Shown: in pieces, positions 1 through 10,222 of the stretch
Numbering within the stretch: position 1 is the first letter of the stretch
Layout of the letters: the number at the start of each line of letters is the position of its first letter
NCBI GenBank assembly: GCA_964014485.1
Contig: CAXHAT010000009.1
Coordinates: 9,974 to 73,973, forward strand
Direction: 5' to 3'
Length of the DNA: 64,000 nt
Origin: an uncultured Deferribacteres bacterium
Lineage (GTDB): Bacteria > Zhuqueibacterota > Zhuqueibacteria > Zhuqueibacterales > Geothermadaptataceae
Notes under the pieces: model-generated
Seen by the model: only the letters and a program-made list of their open reading frames with translations
What the model was told of the DNA's origin: nothing
The model's database searches: none
Program-made: the position numbers and the translations under genes

Positions 1-1173
1 AACGTCCTGCGCGGCTCTGGCTCAAAGCAAGCGTCACGCACTTCATTTCGCGATAAGCTTGTGGTTTTTCAATTCCTGGTTTCAATCGCGCTGATCGCTG
101 CTGCCTTCGTCGTTCACGATCAATTGCAATTTGTCCGGCAGAAAAAGCTCGGCTTCGATAAAGAACACGTTTTGGCGCTGCCCATGAGCGATTCCGTCCT
201 CCGACAGAAGAAAGAAACGCTGATTTCTGAATTGACGCGCCACGAAAACGTTCTCTCCGCCTCAGCCGTAGATGGTTATCCATCCCGACTAAGCGCCGGT
301 TATCGGCTTGCAGCGGAAGGGCTCAATGAAGATCAATATCCGCTGGCCGGGGGCATGGCGGCAGATAAAAACGTGCTAAAAACGTTAGGAATCGAATTGA
401 TTGCCGGCCAGGGATTTCCGGAAAACTATGTGCCCGAGCAAGGCTATTTTTACGTCATCAACGAAGCCTTGCTCAAACAAATTGGCTGGAATGCTGATGA
501 TGCGATCGGCAAGTGGGTCAATTTGCTCGGCAATAGGCAAGGGATTCTTGTCGGTGTTGCACGTGATTTTCATTTTACCTCGCTGCACCAGGAAATACAG
601 CCGCTCGCGATGTTTCTCTCTCCAAAACAAAACGATTATACCTACTTGCTTGTCAAAATCGCACCGGGAAATCCCCAGGAAACGCTGACGTTTATCGAGC
701 AAAAATGGCGGGAAGCGGCCCCGCATCGTCCATTCGCTTTTTCATTTCTGGATGATCAGTTTGACGCCTTGTACCGCGCTGACGCGCGCATTGGTCAACT
801 CCTGGTGAGTTTCTCCGGCTTGGCTATTTTCGTCGCTTGCCTCGGCTTGTTTGGTCTCGCTGCCTTTGCCGCCGAGAAGCGCACCAAAGAAATCGGGGTG
901 CGCAAAGTGTTGGGCGCCACGACCGCAAACGTCGTCGCGCTGCTTTCGAAAGACTTCGTCAAACTTGTCCTGATCGCTAATATCATTGCGGTCCCGCTCA
1001 CGTGGTACGCAATGAACAACTGGCTGCAAGAATTCGCTTACCGAATTGAGCTTGGCTGGGGCGTGTTCGCCTTGGCAGGCGGGCTGACCCTTTTTATCGC
1101 GCTTTTTACCGTCAGCTTCCAGGCGATCCGCGCCGCGCTGGCGAACCCGATCCAAAGCTTGCATTATGAATAA
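1..1173 (+). CDS. MacB/FtsX-family ABC transporter permease (5'-truncated by window edge)
   Basis: Frame is open from base 1. C-terminal FtsX motifs: IFVACLGLFGL, RTKEIGVRKVLGA, ANPIQSLHYE. Confidence 0.93.
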   Translation, partial: NVLRGSGSKQASRTSFRDKLVVFQFLVSIALIAAAFVVHDQLQFVRQKKLGFDKEHVLALPMSDSVLRQKKETLISELTRHENVLSASAVDGYPSRLSAGYRLAAEGLNEDQYPLAGGMAADKNVLKTLGIELIAGQGFPENYVPEQGYFYVINEALLKQIGWNADDAIGKWVNLLGNRQGILVGVARDFHFTSLHQEIQPLAMFLSPKQNDYTYLLVKIAPGNPQETLTFIEQKWREAAPHRPFAFSFLDDQFDALYRADARIGQLLVSFSGLAIFVACLGLFGLAAFAAEKRTKEIGVRKVLGATTANVVALLSKDFVKLVLIANIIAVPLTWYAMNNWLQEFAYRIELGWGVFALAGGLTLFIALFTVSFQAIRAALANPIQSLHYE

Positions 1174-1177
1174 TCTA

Positions 1178-1374
1178 ACCGAAGTTGTGACCTTCCGGTA
1201 AAAGCGCCGTTTTAAAAACGGAAAATGCTTGGAGTGCGAAGCTTGCTTTGCCTTTTATTCCGCTCAAATGGATAACACGGCAAATATCAGTCAAAAGCAG
1301 AGGTTCCGAGAAAGTCTGCAACGGAATAGCAAGGCAAGCCTTGCACTCCTTTTTAGATAGGTCACAACTTGGGT
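1178..1374. mobile_element. MITE-like element with internal REP-like doublet
   Basis: Terminal IR ACCGAAGTTGTGACCT / AGGTCACAACTTGGGT (1 mismatch). Flanking direct repeat TAATCTA (1171-1177, 1375-1381). Internal imperfect IR GGAGTGC...(1231) / ...GCACTCC(1349). Confidence 0.75.
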
Positions 1375-1398
1375 TAATCTAACTTTATTGGAGACGGC

Positions 1399-3852
1399 AT
1401 GTTTAAAAACCATCTCAAAATCGCGCTTCGCAATATTTTGAAAAACAAGCTCTACTCAGGCATAAACATTGGCGGTCTCGCCGTCGGACTGGCCTGCGCC
1501 GTGCTCATTTCCATGTGGGTGCGCGATGAATTGAGCTTTGACCAATTTCATCAAGCGAAAAATGAAATTTATCGCATCAATTGGGATTTTAAATGGAACA
1601 ACAATGAAGGCATGGGCTCAGGCACGCCGCCGCCCCTCGCCGCTGCGCTGATGAATGATGTTCCAGATATTGCGGCAGCCACGCGCATCTACCCGGTTCC
1701 CAAGCAAGTAGTGCGGTACGGCGAAAACTTTTTCTCCGAAGCCCATATTTTCGGCGTCGATCAAAATTTCTTTGAGATTTTCGATTTTGGTTTGACTGAC
1801 GGCGACGCAAAAACGGCGCTCTCACAACCCAACGCCGTTATTCTGACGGAAGAAGCCGCACACAAATATTTCGGCGGCGAATCGCCAATCGGGCGAATCA
1901 TCACCATCGGCGAAGACCAGACGCAGCTTGGAAAATCTTACCAAAGCGCCTTCAAAGTCAGCGGCGTTATGAAAAACCCGCCGCACAATTCTCATTTCCA
2001 ATTTGACATGCTAACCTCAATTTCTTCGCACCCTCTCGTCGAATATTTTGACTGGAGCTGGATTTGGATGCGTGTGACGACTTACGCCAAACTGGCCGAA
2101 GGCGCTTCCGCCCAAAGCGTTGAAGCCGCAATCCCCGCCTTGGTCGAAAAATACGCCCCGCCCGCCTTTAAACGTATCGGTTTTTCTTATGATGAACTGC
2201 TCGCAAACGGCGGACGCTGGGACTTTCTTTTACAGCCGCTCACCGACGTTTACCTCGGTTCGTCCGACATCGGCAATCGCCTTGGGCCGCTCGGGAATCG
2301 GCTCTACGTCTACATTTTTTCGATTATTGCCGTTTTCGTCGTCATTATGGCTTGCATCAATTTCATGAATCTGGCGACGGCGCGCGCATCCAAACGCGCA
2401 GTTGAAATCGGCGTTCGCAAAGTGCTGGGGTCAAAAAAATCGCTTTTTATACGGCAATTCCTCTCCGAATCGACGCTTTTTGCCCTGCTTTCTCTGCCCG
2501 CCGCCTTGTTGATCGTTGAATTATTTGCGCCGTATTTCAACCAGCTCTCCGGGAAAAACTTGCAACTGGACTTGCTCAACCCACTCTGGTTTGGCCCTCT
2601 GCTTCTGTTGATAACGGTCGGCGTCGGCGTGGTGGCCGGAAGCTACCCCGGATTTTATCTGTCTTCCCTTAATCCGGCGCATGTTTTCAAGGGGCCTGGG
2701 GGCGGTTCCCAAGTAGGAAGGCGGCGATTACGCAATTTCCTGGTCATTTTCCAGTTTGCCATCACAATCGGTCTGATCGCCGGAACGTTCCTGGTTCAAG
2801 ATCAACTTCGTTTTGTACAACAAGCTGATTTGGGCTTTGATCGCGGGGGACTCGTCGCAGTTTCAAACGAGAATAATCGCCTTGGAGAACAAGCGGAAGC
2901 CTTTAAGGAAAAAATCAAAACCAACGCAAACTTTTTGGATGCATCCATCTCGACCGGCGCGCCGCCGTCCTGGGGCTTTCAGGATTATTACAAAGTGGAA
3001 GGCAAAGGCAATGAACAGTTCGACCTGAGTTCATTCATGACGGACGAAAATTTCATCTCCACACTTGGCGTCGAAATTGTGCAAGGGCGCGGCTTTTCAA
3101 AAGAATTTGGCTCTGACGCTCGAAGCATCATACTGAACGAAGCCGCCGTGCAGGCCTTTGGGTTGGAGAACCCGATCGGCAAAATAATTCACTACCCAAG
3201 CACCGGAGATTTTGAAGTGATTGGCGTGATGAAAGATTTCAATTTTATGTCGCTCTATTCGCCGATTGCGCCGTTTGCTTTGTTTCACCATTCTTCCAAA
3301 ACTTATCAGATTCCAAATTCCTACGTTATTGTGCGAGTCGGCTCCGGAGACATTGAAAACAGCTTGCAAACGCTCCGCTCCGAGTGGCAGTCTTTTGCGC
3401 CAAGCGCACCGTTTGAGTTCACCTTCCTGGACGAACGATTCGACGCTCAATATCGCAGCGACCAACGTCTCGGACAGATATTTTTGATATTTTCCATTTT
3501 GACGGTTTTCATCGCCTGCCTCGGCCTTTTGGGACTCGCCGCTTTCGCCGCTGAACAGCGCACAAACGAAATCGGCGTGCGCAAAGTGCTTGGCGCAACG
3601 ACAACCAATGTCACGGCGCTGCTTTCAAAAGATTTTGTCAAGCTCGTGCTTTTGGCGAATATTATCGCGTGGCCGATCACGTGGTACGCCATGGAGCAGT
3701 GGCTGCAAGAATTTGCTTATCGGGTTGAAATTGGGGTCGGCGTGTTCTTGATGGCGGGCGGCTTGGCGCTGTTGATTGCCTTCTTCACCGTCAGCTTCCA
3801 GGCGGTTCGCGCCGCGACGGCAAATCCAGTTGATTCTTTACGATACGAATAA
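1399..3852 (+). CDS. Duplicated MacB_PCD/FtsX ABC permease
   Basis: 817 aa. MFKNHLKIALRN start, ACINFMNLATARA..RAVEIGVRKVLG, second FtsX domain, NPVDSLRYE end. GGAG RBS. Confidence 0.95.
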   Translation: MFKNHLKIALRNILKNKLYSGINIGGLAVGLACAVLISMWVRDELSFDQFHQAKNEIYRINWDFKWNNNEGMGSGTPPPLAAALMNDVPDIAAATRIYPVPKQVVRYGENFFSEAHIFGVDQNFFEIFDFGLTDGDAKTALSQPNAVILTEEAAHKYFGGESPIGRIITIGEDQTQLGKSYQSAFKVSGVMKNPPHNSHFQFDMLTSISSHPLVEYFDWSWIWMRVTTYAKLAEGASAQSVEAAIPALVEKYAPPAFKRIGFSYDELLANGGRWDFLLQPLTDVYLGSSDIGNRLGPLGNRLYVYIFSIIAVFVVIMACINFMNLATARASKRAVEIGVRKVLGSKKSLFIRQFLSESTLFALLSLPAALLIVELFAPYFNQLSGKNLQLDLLNPLWFGPLLLLITVGVGVVAGSYPGFYLSSLNPAHVFKGPGGGSQVGRRRLRNFLVIFQFAITIGLIAGTFLVQDQLRFVQQADLGFDRGGLVAVSNENNRLGEQAEAFKEKIKTNANFLDASISTGAPPSWGFQDYYKVEGKGNEQFDLSSFMTDENFISTLGVEIVQGRGFSKEFGSDARSIILNEAAVQAFGLENPIGKIIHYPSTGDFEVIGVMKDFNFMSLYSPIAPFALFHHSSKTYQIPNSYVIVRVGSGDIENSLQTLRSEWQSFAPSAPFEFTFLDERFDAQYRSDQRLGQIFLIFSILTVFIACLGLLGLAAFAAEQRTNEIGVRKVLGATTTNVTALLSKDFVKLVLLANIIAWPITWYAMEQWLQEFAYRVEIGVGVFLMAGGLALLIAFFTVSFQAVRAATANPVDSLRYE

Positions 3853-3899
3853 CAGCAAGCTATTAAACTGAAAATTCCGAAGCAAAAGCGGAGGACGGG

Positions 3900-6263
3900 A
3901 TGTTTCAAAGCTATCTCAAAATCGCCTTCAGAAATTTTCGCCGATTTAAGGCGTATTCATTTATCAACATCATTGGTTTAGCCGTCGGACTGGCCAGCGC
4001 ATTGGTCATTGGCTTATGGGTGCATCAGGAATGGAGCTATGATCGCCACTTTCACAATGCCGAACGCATTTACCGCATCGGCGTGAATTTCATGAATATC
4101 GGCGACATGGCGCCCGGCCCGCCGCAATTCAGCCAGTTCGCACAAAACTTTCCCGAAGTTGAAAAAACCGCGCAACTGGACGGTCCTTCGCGACTTGACC
4201 TTTACGTCAACAATCAGCGGTTTACGGAATCTCTCACCTTTACCGCCGACTCCGCTTTCTTCAATTTGTTTTCATACGATTTCGTTGAAGGCGATCTCAA
4301 CTCGGCCTTGAACCAACCCGACGCAGTTGTCTTGACTTCAAAGTTGGCTCAAAAATATTTCGGCGACGCACCGGCTCTTGGCAAGGTCATTTCCATCGGC
4401 GAAGAAAAAACGCCGCACATCGTCACTGGAATTGTCAATCCCGGGAACGGCAATTCGCACATCAACGCGGATTTGTGGCTTCGAAGGGAGGCGACGAAAA
4501 ACGAAAATTGGCAGTCCGCCAACGGTTATAATTACGTGCTCCTGAAAGAAGGCCTCACTTTGACCGCGCTTCAGGACCGGCTGCGAGCATTTGTCCAAAC
4601 GCATGTCCACCCCGCCCTTTCGCCCGGCGTTCCTTATGATGAATGGATCAAAAGCGACCGCGCTTATCGATTCATCCCCATCGCGATCACTGATATTTAC
4701 CTCACTTCTAACTTGCGCTTCGAGCCGTCGCCGGTCGGCGACAAAAACAACGTCGTCACGTTCGGCGCCATCGCCATACTCATCATTCTCATCGCCAGCG
4801 TGAACTACGTCAATATCACAACGGCGCGGGCTTCCGTGCGCGCGAAAGAAGTCGGCGTGCGTAAAAGCCTGGGAAGCGGGAAAAGCGCATTAGCAGCACA
4901 ATTTCTATCCGAATCATTCATTTCATGCGGTCTGGCTTTGCTCATTGCGCTCGGTTTGGGTGAATTGTTCCTGAAAGTATTCGAATGGGCGACCGGTCTG
5001 AGCTTAATGGAAAGCCTGTTCGCAACTCCGGAAAAAATCATCGTCGCCGCCGTTGCCGCTTTGGTCATTGGTTTGTTAGCGGGCCTTTACCCGGCGTTTT
5101 ATTTGACGACGTTCAAGCCGATCAGCGCTTTAAAAGGCAAGTTTCATTCTCCGAAAGGCGGCAGGACAAAATTTCGCAACGCATTGGTTTTATTGCAGTT
5201 CACTATTTCTACATGCCTGCTCATCAGCGCCGGAGTCGTCTTCAGCCAGCTTGAATTTATGCGCGACAAAGATCAAGGCCTGCAAACGGACAATGTTTTG
5301 ATCGTGAGTAACGCCAGACTTTTAGGGGATCAAAAAGAAGCGTTCAAGCAAGCGCTGCTCTCACATTCCGGCGTAGAAAATGCGAGCTACAATCACCGAA
5401 TTCCTGCGGGAACCGCGCTTTTGGTCAAGTCCTTCAGAACCTCGGAAATGGAGCAAGGGCTGCCGATGCAGTCGTTTTTCGGCGACTACAAGACAATCCC
5501 GACCATCGGCTTCAAAATCATCGAAGGCCGCAACTTTTCTCGGGACTTGGCTTCGGACAGCGCCGCCGTTATTTTGAATGAGTCCGCCGTTAAGGCGTTG
5601 AGTTTGCAGAATCCCGTTGGGGCAATTCTAAATAACGACCTCCGAGTGATCGGCGTTGTGACCGATTTTAATTTTGAAAGCATGCGCAATACCGTCGAAC
5701 CCGCCGCTCTAACGCTGAACCCCAACGGCGGTAGATTGGCTATCAAATTGCGCAATGAAAACGCCCGTGAAACGTTGACGTACGCGCAATCGCTCTGGGC
5801 AAGTTTTGGCCCCGTTGACCCCATGTCGTTTTACTTTCTCGATGAAAACTTTGAGCGGTTGATGGAAAAAGAGCGCGTTCTCTCCAAGGCTGTGCTCATT
5901 TTTACCATTCTCGCTATTTTTATCACTTGCCTCGGACTTTACGGTTTATCAGCCTACATGGCCGAGCAGCGCACGAAGGAGATCGGCGTTCGCAAAGTGC
6001 TCGGCGCAACTGTCGCAGGTATCTCCGCGCTATTGTCAAAGAATTTTGTCTATCTCGTTTTGTTAGCCAATCTGATCGCCTGGCCTGTCGCCTGGTTCAT
6101 GATGAATTCCTGGCTGCAAAACTTTGCCTACCGCACAGAGATCAGTTGGTTGACCTTCGCATTGTCAGGCGGATTAACGTTGGCAGTCGCCTTGTTAACC
6201 GTCAGTTCGCAGGCCATTCGCGCCGCACTGGCGAATCCGGCAAAAGCGTTACGGTATGAATGA
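3900..6263 (+). CDS. Duplicated MacB_PCD/FtsX ABC permease
   Basis: 787 aa with the same architecture (RAKEVGVRK, RTKEIGVRKVLGA, NPAKALRYE). GGAGG RBS. Confidence 0.95.
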   Translation: MFQSYLKIAFRNFRRFKAYSFINIIGLAVGLASALVIGLWVHQEWSYDRHFHNAERIYRIGVNFMNIGDMAPGPPQFSQFAQNFPEVEKTAQLDGPSRLDLYVNNQRFTESLTFTADSAFFNLFSYDFVEGDLNSALNQPDAVVLTSKLAQKYFGDAPALGKVISIGEEKTPHIVTGIVNPGNGNSHINADLWLRREATKNENWQSANGYNYVLLKEGLTLTALQDRLRAFVQTHVHPALSPGVPYDEWIKSDRAYRFIPIAITDIYLTSNLRFEPSPVGDKNNVVTFGAIAILIILIASVNYVNITTARASVRAKEVGVRKSLGSGKSALAAQFLSESFISCGLALLIALGLGELFLKVFEWATGLSLMESLFATPEKIIVAAVAALVIGLLAGLYPAFYLTTFKPISALKGKFHSPKGGRTKFRNALVLLQFTISTCLLISAGVVFSQLEFMRDKDQGLQTDNVLIVSNARLLGDQKEAFKQALLSHSGVENASYNHRIPAGTALLVKSFRTSEMEQGLPMQSFFGDYKTIPTIGFKIIEGRNFSRDLASDSAAVILNESAVKALSLQNPVGAILNNDLRVIGVVTDFNFESMRNTVEPAALTLNPNGGRLAIKLRNENARETLTYAQSLWASFGPVDPMSFYFLDENFERLMEKERVLSKAVLIFTILAIFITCLGLYGLSAYMAEQRTKEIGVRKVLGATVAGISALLSKNFVYLVLLANLIAWPVAWFMMNSWLQNFAYRTEISWLTFALSGGLTLAVALLTVSSQAIRAALANPAKALRYE

Positions 6264-6358
6264 ATCAGGCAAGCGATGAATAAGAAGATTCGCTCGACCA
6301 CTCGTCGGAACTTTCTGCAGAGCGCCCCGGCGTTCGTTTTGGCCATACACGAAAATTT

Positions 6359-6486
6359 GGCTTTGAGTTCCGTCAAGCACAACGAAGAGTAATTCGCCCC
6401 GGAGCCAAACCTTCAGCGTTTGATTGTGATTTCCCGTCATTGGCGACGATGAATCGTCGCACTCCGAAAAGAGCTACTCAAAAGCC
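6359..6486. repeat. Repeat family A, copy 1 (REP-doublet-like element)
   Basis: Ends GGCTTTGAGT...ACTCAAAAGCC. Hairpins CAAACcttcAGCGTTTG and GCGACGATGAATCGTCGC-ACTCCG. Homologous to 6487-6710, 12885-13124 and 22634-22773 (reverse). Confidence 0.75.
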
Positions 6487-6710
6487 AACCAACCTCGCTT
6501 GCGGTCTTGACCAGGAAGTAACTTCGGAGTAGGGTTGTCCAAAAACAAGACGTCTGAATAGCGGGTATACCAGATGTAGGGGTTCAAAATCTTGAACCCC
6601 AACGACATGCTGTATATCGCTCTGCAAGTTTTATGTTTTGGAAAGTTCCGGGGTGGCTTCTCGTCATTGGCGATGATGAATCGTCGCATTCCGAAAAGAG
6701 TCACTCAGAA
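6487..6710. repeat. Repeat family A, copy 2, interrupted by a family B element
   Basis: CGTCATTGGCGATGATGAATCGTCGCATTCCGAAAAGAG matches copy 1. The B element replaces the first hairpin immediately after CGGAGT. Confidence 0.7.
6531..6649. mobile_element. MITE family B (GTAG-REP core)
   Basis: Degenerate ends GGGTTGTCCAAAAACA...TGTTTTGGAAAGTTCC. Core GTAGGGGTTCAAAATCTTGAACCCC (6576-6600). Homologous to 12975-13096 and 37878-37996. Confidence 0.7.
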
Positions 6711-6752
6711 ACGAATTTTCACTCAAGAATTGACTTTCGTACAGGGAAAGGC

Positions 6753-9149
6753 ATGTTTAAAAACCACTTCAAAATCGCCCTACGCGCACTGATGCGCGCC
6801 AAAAGCTATACAGCGCTGAATGTTTTTGGCTTAGCCGTTGGCCTAACTTGCGTCAGCCTGATCGCAGCCTGGAGTTTTGATGAATTGAGCTTCGACCGTT
6901 TTCATCAAAAGCACGAGCGCATCTACCGTGTCGTTGGTCAAGTCAAAACGGATTCGGAGACGTTCGATCAAGCCGTCACCTCGCCGCCGATGGCCCAAGC
7001 GTTGGTGCAGGATTTCCCCGAAATTGAAAACGCCGTGCGTCTGGATATGAACGATTGCATCGTGCGCAACGGCGACGTTCAATTTGAAGAAGACGGCGTG
7101 CTCATGGCCGATCAAAGCTTCTTCGAAATCTTTGACTATCCGCTTGTTCAGGGCGAAATTGCAACAGCGTTAAGCGCTCCCTACTCCGTCGTTCTGACCG
7201 AATCAATCGCGAAAAAATATTTTGGCGATGAAAACCCAGTCGGCCAAAACATCACGCTTTTCCAATATGACCCGGAAGGTCGCGGTGCACCGTACCAAAT
7301 AACCGGCATTGTTGCCGATCCGCCGGAAAACGCTCACTTCTCTTTCACGATGCTCGGCTCCTTCAAAACGATTGAAACGGCGTCTCCGCGTATGGCGCAA
7401 AGCTGGTTTGACAACGGATTCTTTACCTACTTGCTGCTCAAGGACGGCGCTAATGCCAGCGCGCTCGAGCAAAAATTGCCGCAATTCGCCGAGCGTTACA
7501 TGGGCGAAAAGATGCGCGAGTACAAAATGTTTTACACTTACTCGTTGCAATCGCTCGCGGACGTCTACCTTCATTCAAACCTTCGCTACGAGATTGGCGC
7601 GACAGGCAGCATGAACACGGTCTATATTTTCGTCACCGTCGGCGTCTTTATTTTGCTCATCGCTTGCATCAATTACATGAATTTGGCAACGGCGCGTTCG
7701 CTTGGTCGGGCGCGGGAGGTCGGCGTAAAAAAAGTGCTGGGCGCCGAGCGATCACAATTAGTGCGGCAGTTTTTGGTCGAATCCACCCTTGTGGCGATGG
7801 TCTCATTTGTACTGGCTTTATTCTTTACCGAGCTTTTGCAGTCGCCGTTTTTTGAGCTGACCGGCAAGCAATTGGATCGCGTATTTTCAATGGAGCTGCT
7901 TCTATTAATTTCAGGAATCACTCTGTTCATCGGTGTGCTTTCCGGACTTTACCCGGCGTTTTTCATCTCTCGATTCGCTGCAGCGGCTGTTCTGAAAGGC
8001 AGCTTTAAAACGTCAAAAGCCGGCGTTTTTATGCGTGAAAGTCTTGTCATTGTTCAATTCGCGATTGCCATTGTTTTGCTTTCCGGCGTTGCAGTCGTCA
8101 AATCGCAGATGGATTTTATTAAAAGCAAAGATCTAGGGTTCGATAAAGACGCACTGCTTCTGCTCAAGGTCAACGGCTTCGCTGAAGTGCAGAACGAATT
8201 CCAGCCTTTTAAAAACGCCTTGCTGGCCGACCCCGCCATTTCGGGCGTCACCAGATCACGCGGACTCATCGCCGGCGGACTGGGCAACGTGCTCATCGAA
8301 ACGGTGGACGGTGAGGGCAGACCCGTTTCTTCCAGCATTTACCGGCTGCAGGTCGATCCCGACTTTTTAGACGTTTATAAAATTGAACTGCTCGCCGGAA
8401 GGGACTTGACTGAAGCGGATTCCATGGGCGCATACATCGTCAACGAATCCGCTGTACAAGCGTTTGGCTGGGGCGAGCCGCAGAATGCGCCGGGCAAACC
8501 TTTTGCGCGCGACAGGCCGGGAGCAGTCATCGGAGTCGTCCAGGATTTTCACTTCAATTCGCTGCAGCAATCTATCGCGCCGATGGAATTCCACCTCACC
8601 AGACCCAACGCTTTTTCACGCATTTCCATACGCTTAGAAACCGCGAATTTGGCCGAAACCGTCGCCTTTGTGGAACAGACGTGGCGCGAGCATTTTCCGG
8701 CAGCGTTGTTCCAACATTCCTTTTTCGACCAGCGTTTGGAAAACCAATATCGCCAGGAAAAACTCTTCGGCGATATTTTCTCAGCTTTTGTAATAATCTC
8801 TCTGACCATTGCCTGCTTAGGTCTGCTTGGTCTTTCCGCATTCGCAGCGGAGCAGCGCACAAAAGAAATCGGCGTCCGAAAAACGCTCGGCGCAACCGTT
8901 CCTAATGTCATTGCGCTGCTTTCGAAAGATTTCGCCAAGCTCGTGCTTTTGGCGAATATTATCGCTTTGCCGGTCGCCTGGTTTGCAATGAACGGCTGGT
9001 TGGAAAATTTTGCTTATCGCGTGGAAATGAGTTGGTGGGTTTTCGCTGCAGCGGGCGGTGCGGCTTTGTTTATTGCGCTTTTAACGGTCAGCACGCAAGC
9101 CGTTCGAGCAGCGCTTGTTAATCCTGTTGAAAGCCTGCATTATGAATGA
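6753..9149 (+). CDS. Duplicated MacB_PCD/FtsX ABC permease
   Basis: Probable start MFKNHFKIALR at 6753. The ORF-track start at 6633 lies within repeat DNA. Same motifs as its paralogs. Confidence 0.95.
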   Translation: MFKNHFKIALRALMRAKSYTALNVFGLAVGLTCVSLIAAWSFDELSFDRFHQKHERIYRVVGQVKTDSETFDQAVTSPPMAQALVQDFPEIENAVRLDMNDCIVRNGDVQFEEDGVLMADQSFFEIFDYPLVQGEIATALSAPYSVVLTESIAKKYFGDENPVGQNITLFQYDPEGRGAPYQITGIVADPPENAHFSFTMLGSFKTIETASPRMAQSWFDNGFFTYLLLKDGANASALEQKLPQFAERYMGEKMREYKMFYTYSLQSLADVYLHSNLRYEIGATGSMNTVYIFVTVGVFILLIACINYMNLATARSLGRAREVGVKKVLGAERSQLVRQFLVESTLVAMVSFVLALFFTELLQSPFFELTGKQLDRVFSMELLLLISGITLFIGVLSGLYPAFFISRFAAAAVLKGSFKTSKAGVFMRESLVIVQFAIAIVLLSGVAVVKSQMDFIKSKDLGFDKDALLLLKVNGFAEVQNEFQPFKNALLADPAISGVTRSRGLIAGGLGNVLIETVDGEGRPVSSSIYRLQVDPDFLDVYKIELLAGRDLTEADSMGAYIVNESAVQAFGWGEPQNAPGKPFARDRPGAVIGVVQDFHFNSLQQSIAPMEFHLTRPNAFSRISIRLETANLAETVAFVEQTWREHFPAALFQHSFFDQRLENQYRQEKLFGDIFSAFVIISLTIACLGLLGLSAFAAEQRTKEIGVRKTLGATVPNVIALLSKDFAKLVLLANIIALPVAWFAMNGWLENFAYRVEMSWWVFAAAGGAALFIALLTVSTQAVRAALVNPVESLHYE

Positions 9150-9247
9150 TTGTACGTTTTCGTTGAAAAACCCGGTCGGAATTGACGATTTTCCAGCAGT
9201 TTATCGTTATATTCCGCTCCGATTTTGCAACCCAACGGAGGCGTTAC

Positions 9248-10177
9248 ATGAAGAAATTCAAATACCAAGCGGCGCTTATTTTTATTTGCATCTCAACACT
9301 GTCGTTGAAAGCAAGCGTCAACGAAATCCTGACGCAAGTCGAACATGGCGTTGTCGATAACAATGGCGTCAAAATTCATTACGCCGCACTTGGGGAAGGG
9401 CCGCTTGTGGTCATGGTTCACGGCTACCCGGATTTTTGGTACACTTGGCGCGATCAAATGGCAGCGCTCTCAAAACAATTTCACGTCGTTGCGATTGACC
9501 TGCGCGGCTACAACAAAAGCGACAAGCCGAAAGGCGTTGAGAATTACACGATGCGCGCGCTCATCGGCGACGTCGCCGCCGTTATTCAGCATTTTGAGCA
9601 AGAGAAGGCCGTCCTGGTCGGACATGACTGGGGCGGCGCGATTGCCTGGCAAGTTGCGATGTGGCGGCCGGACTTGGTTGAAAAGCTTGTCGTCTTGAGC
9701 ACGCCGCACCCCAACGGTCTGTTTCGCGAAATGGCCAACAATCCCGACCAGCAGAAAAACAGCCAGTACGCGCGCGATTTCCAAAAAGTGGATGCGCACA
9801 AGAGTCTGACGGCGGAAGGATTGGCGGGATGGGTTCAGGACGAAAACGCCAAAGAACATTACATCGAAGCGTTTCGGCGCTCGGACTTCGAAGCTATGCT
9901 CAATTACTATAAAGCGAATTTTCCTAGCTCAAGTAGCAGCAACCAGTCAGCGTCAGGAACGCCCACGGCGCCCGCAACCCTCCGCAAGGTCAAGTGTCCA
10001 ACGCTCGTCATATTCGGATTACAAGACAAGGCTTTGCTTCCTGCGGGATTCAATGAAACCTGGCAATGGATAGAAAAAGACCTGACAATGGTCGCGCTTC
10101 CCGAAGCCGGGCATTTCATTCAAAAGGAAGCGTCGGAAATGGTCACCCGCTCGATGACGATGTGGTTGAACAGGTAG
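9248..10177 (+). CDS. Secreted alpha/beta hydrolase, epoxide-hydrolase-like
   Basis: HGYPD oxyanion motif, GHDWGG with Asp nucleophile, AGHF His. Signal peptide follows ATG 9248, which has a GGAGG RBS. Confidence 0.88.
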   Translation: MKKFKYQAALIFICISTLSLKASVNEILTQVEHGVVDNNGVKIHYAALGEGPLVVMVHGYPDFWYTWRDQMAALSKQFHVVAIDLRGYNKSDKPKGVENYTMRALIGDVAAVIQHFEQEKAVLVGHDWGGAIAWQVAMWRPDLVEKLVVLSTPHPNGLFREMANNPDQQKNSQYARDFQKVDAHKSLTAEGLAGWVQDENAKEHYIEAFRRSDFEAMLNYYKANFPSSSSSNQSASGTPTAPATLRKVKCPTLVIFGLQDKALLPAGFNETWQWIEKDLTMVALPEAGHFIQKEASEMVTRSMTMWLNR

Positions 10178-10222
10178 GAAAGATCGGAGTGCAGAAAGCA
10201 TCGAAAGTAGGGACTCAGCGCA

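Noticed and set aside
6359..6710. Repeated 39-nt unit as a possible CRISPR array
   Set aside because: Only two copies about 227 nt apart, with dispersed homologs elsewhere. There are no regular spacers and no cas genes.
6633..6752. N-terminal extension of the fourth permease in the ORF track
   Set aside because: It lies within repeat A/B DNA. Paralogs start at MFKN/MFQS, matching ATG 6753.
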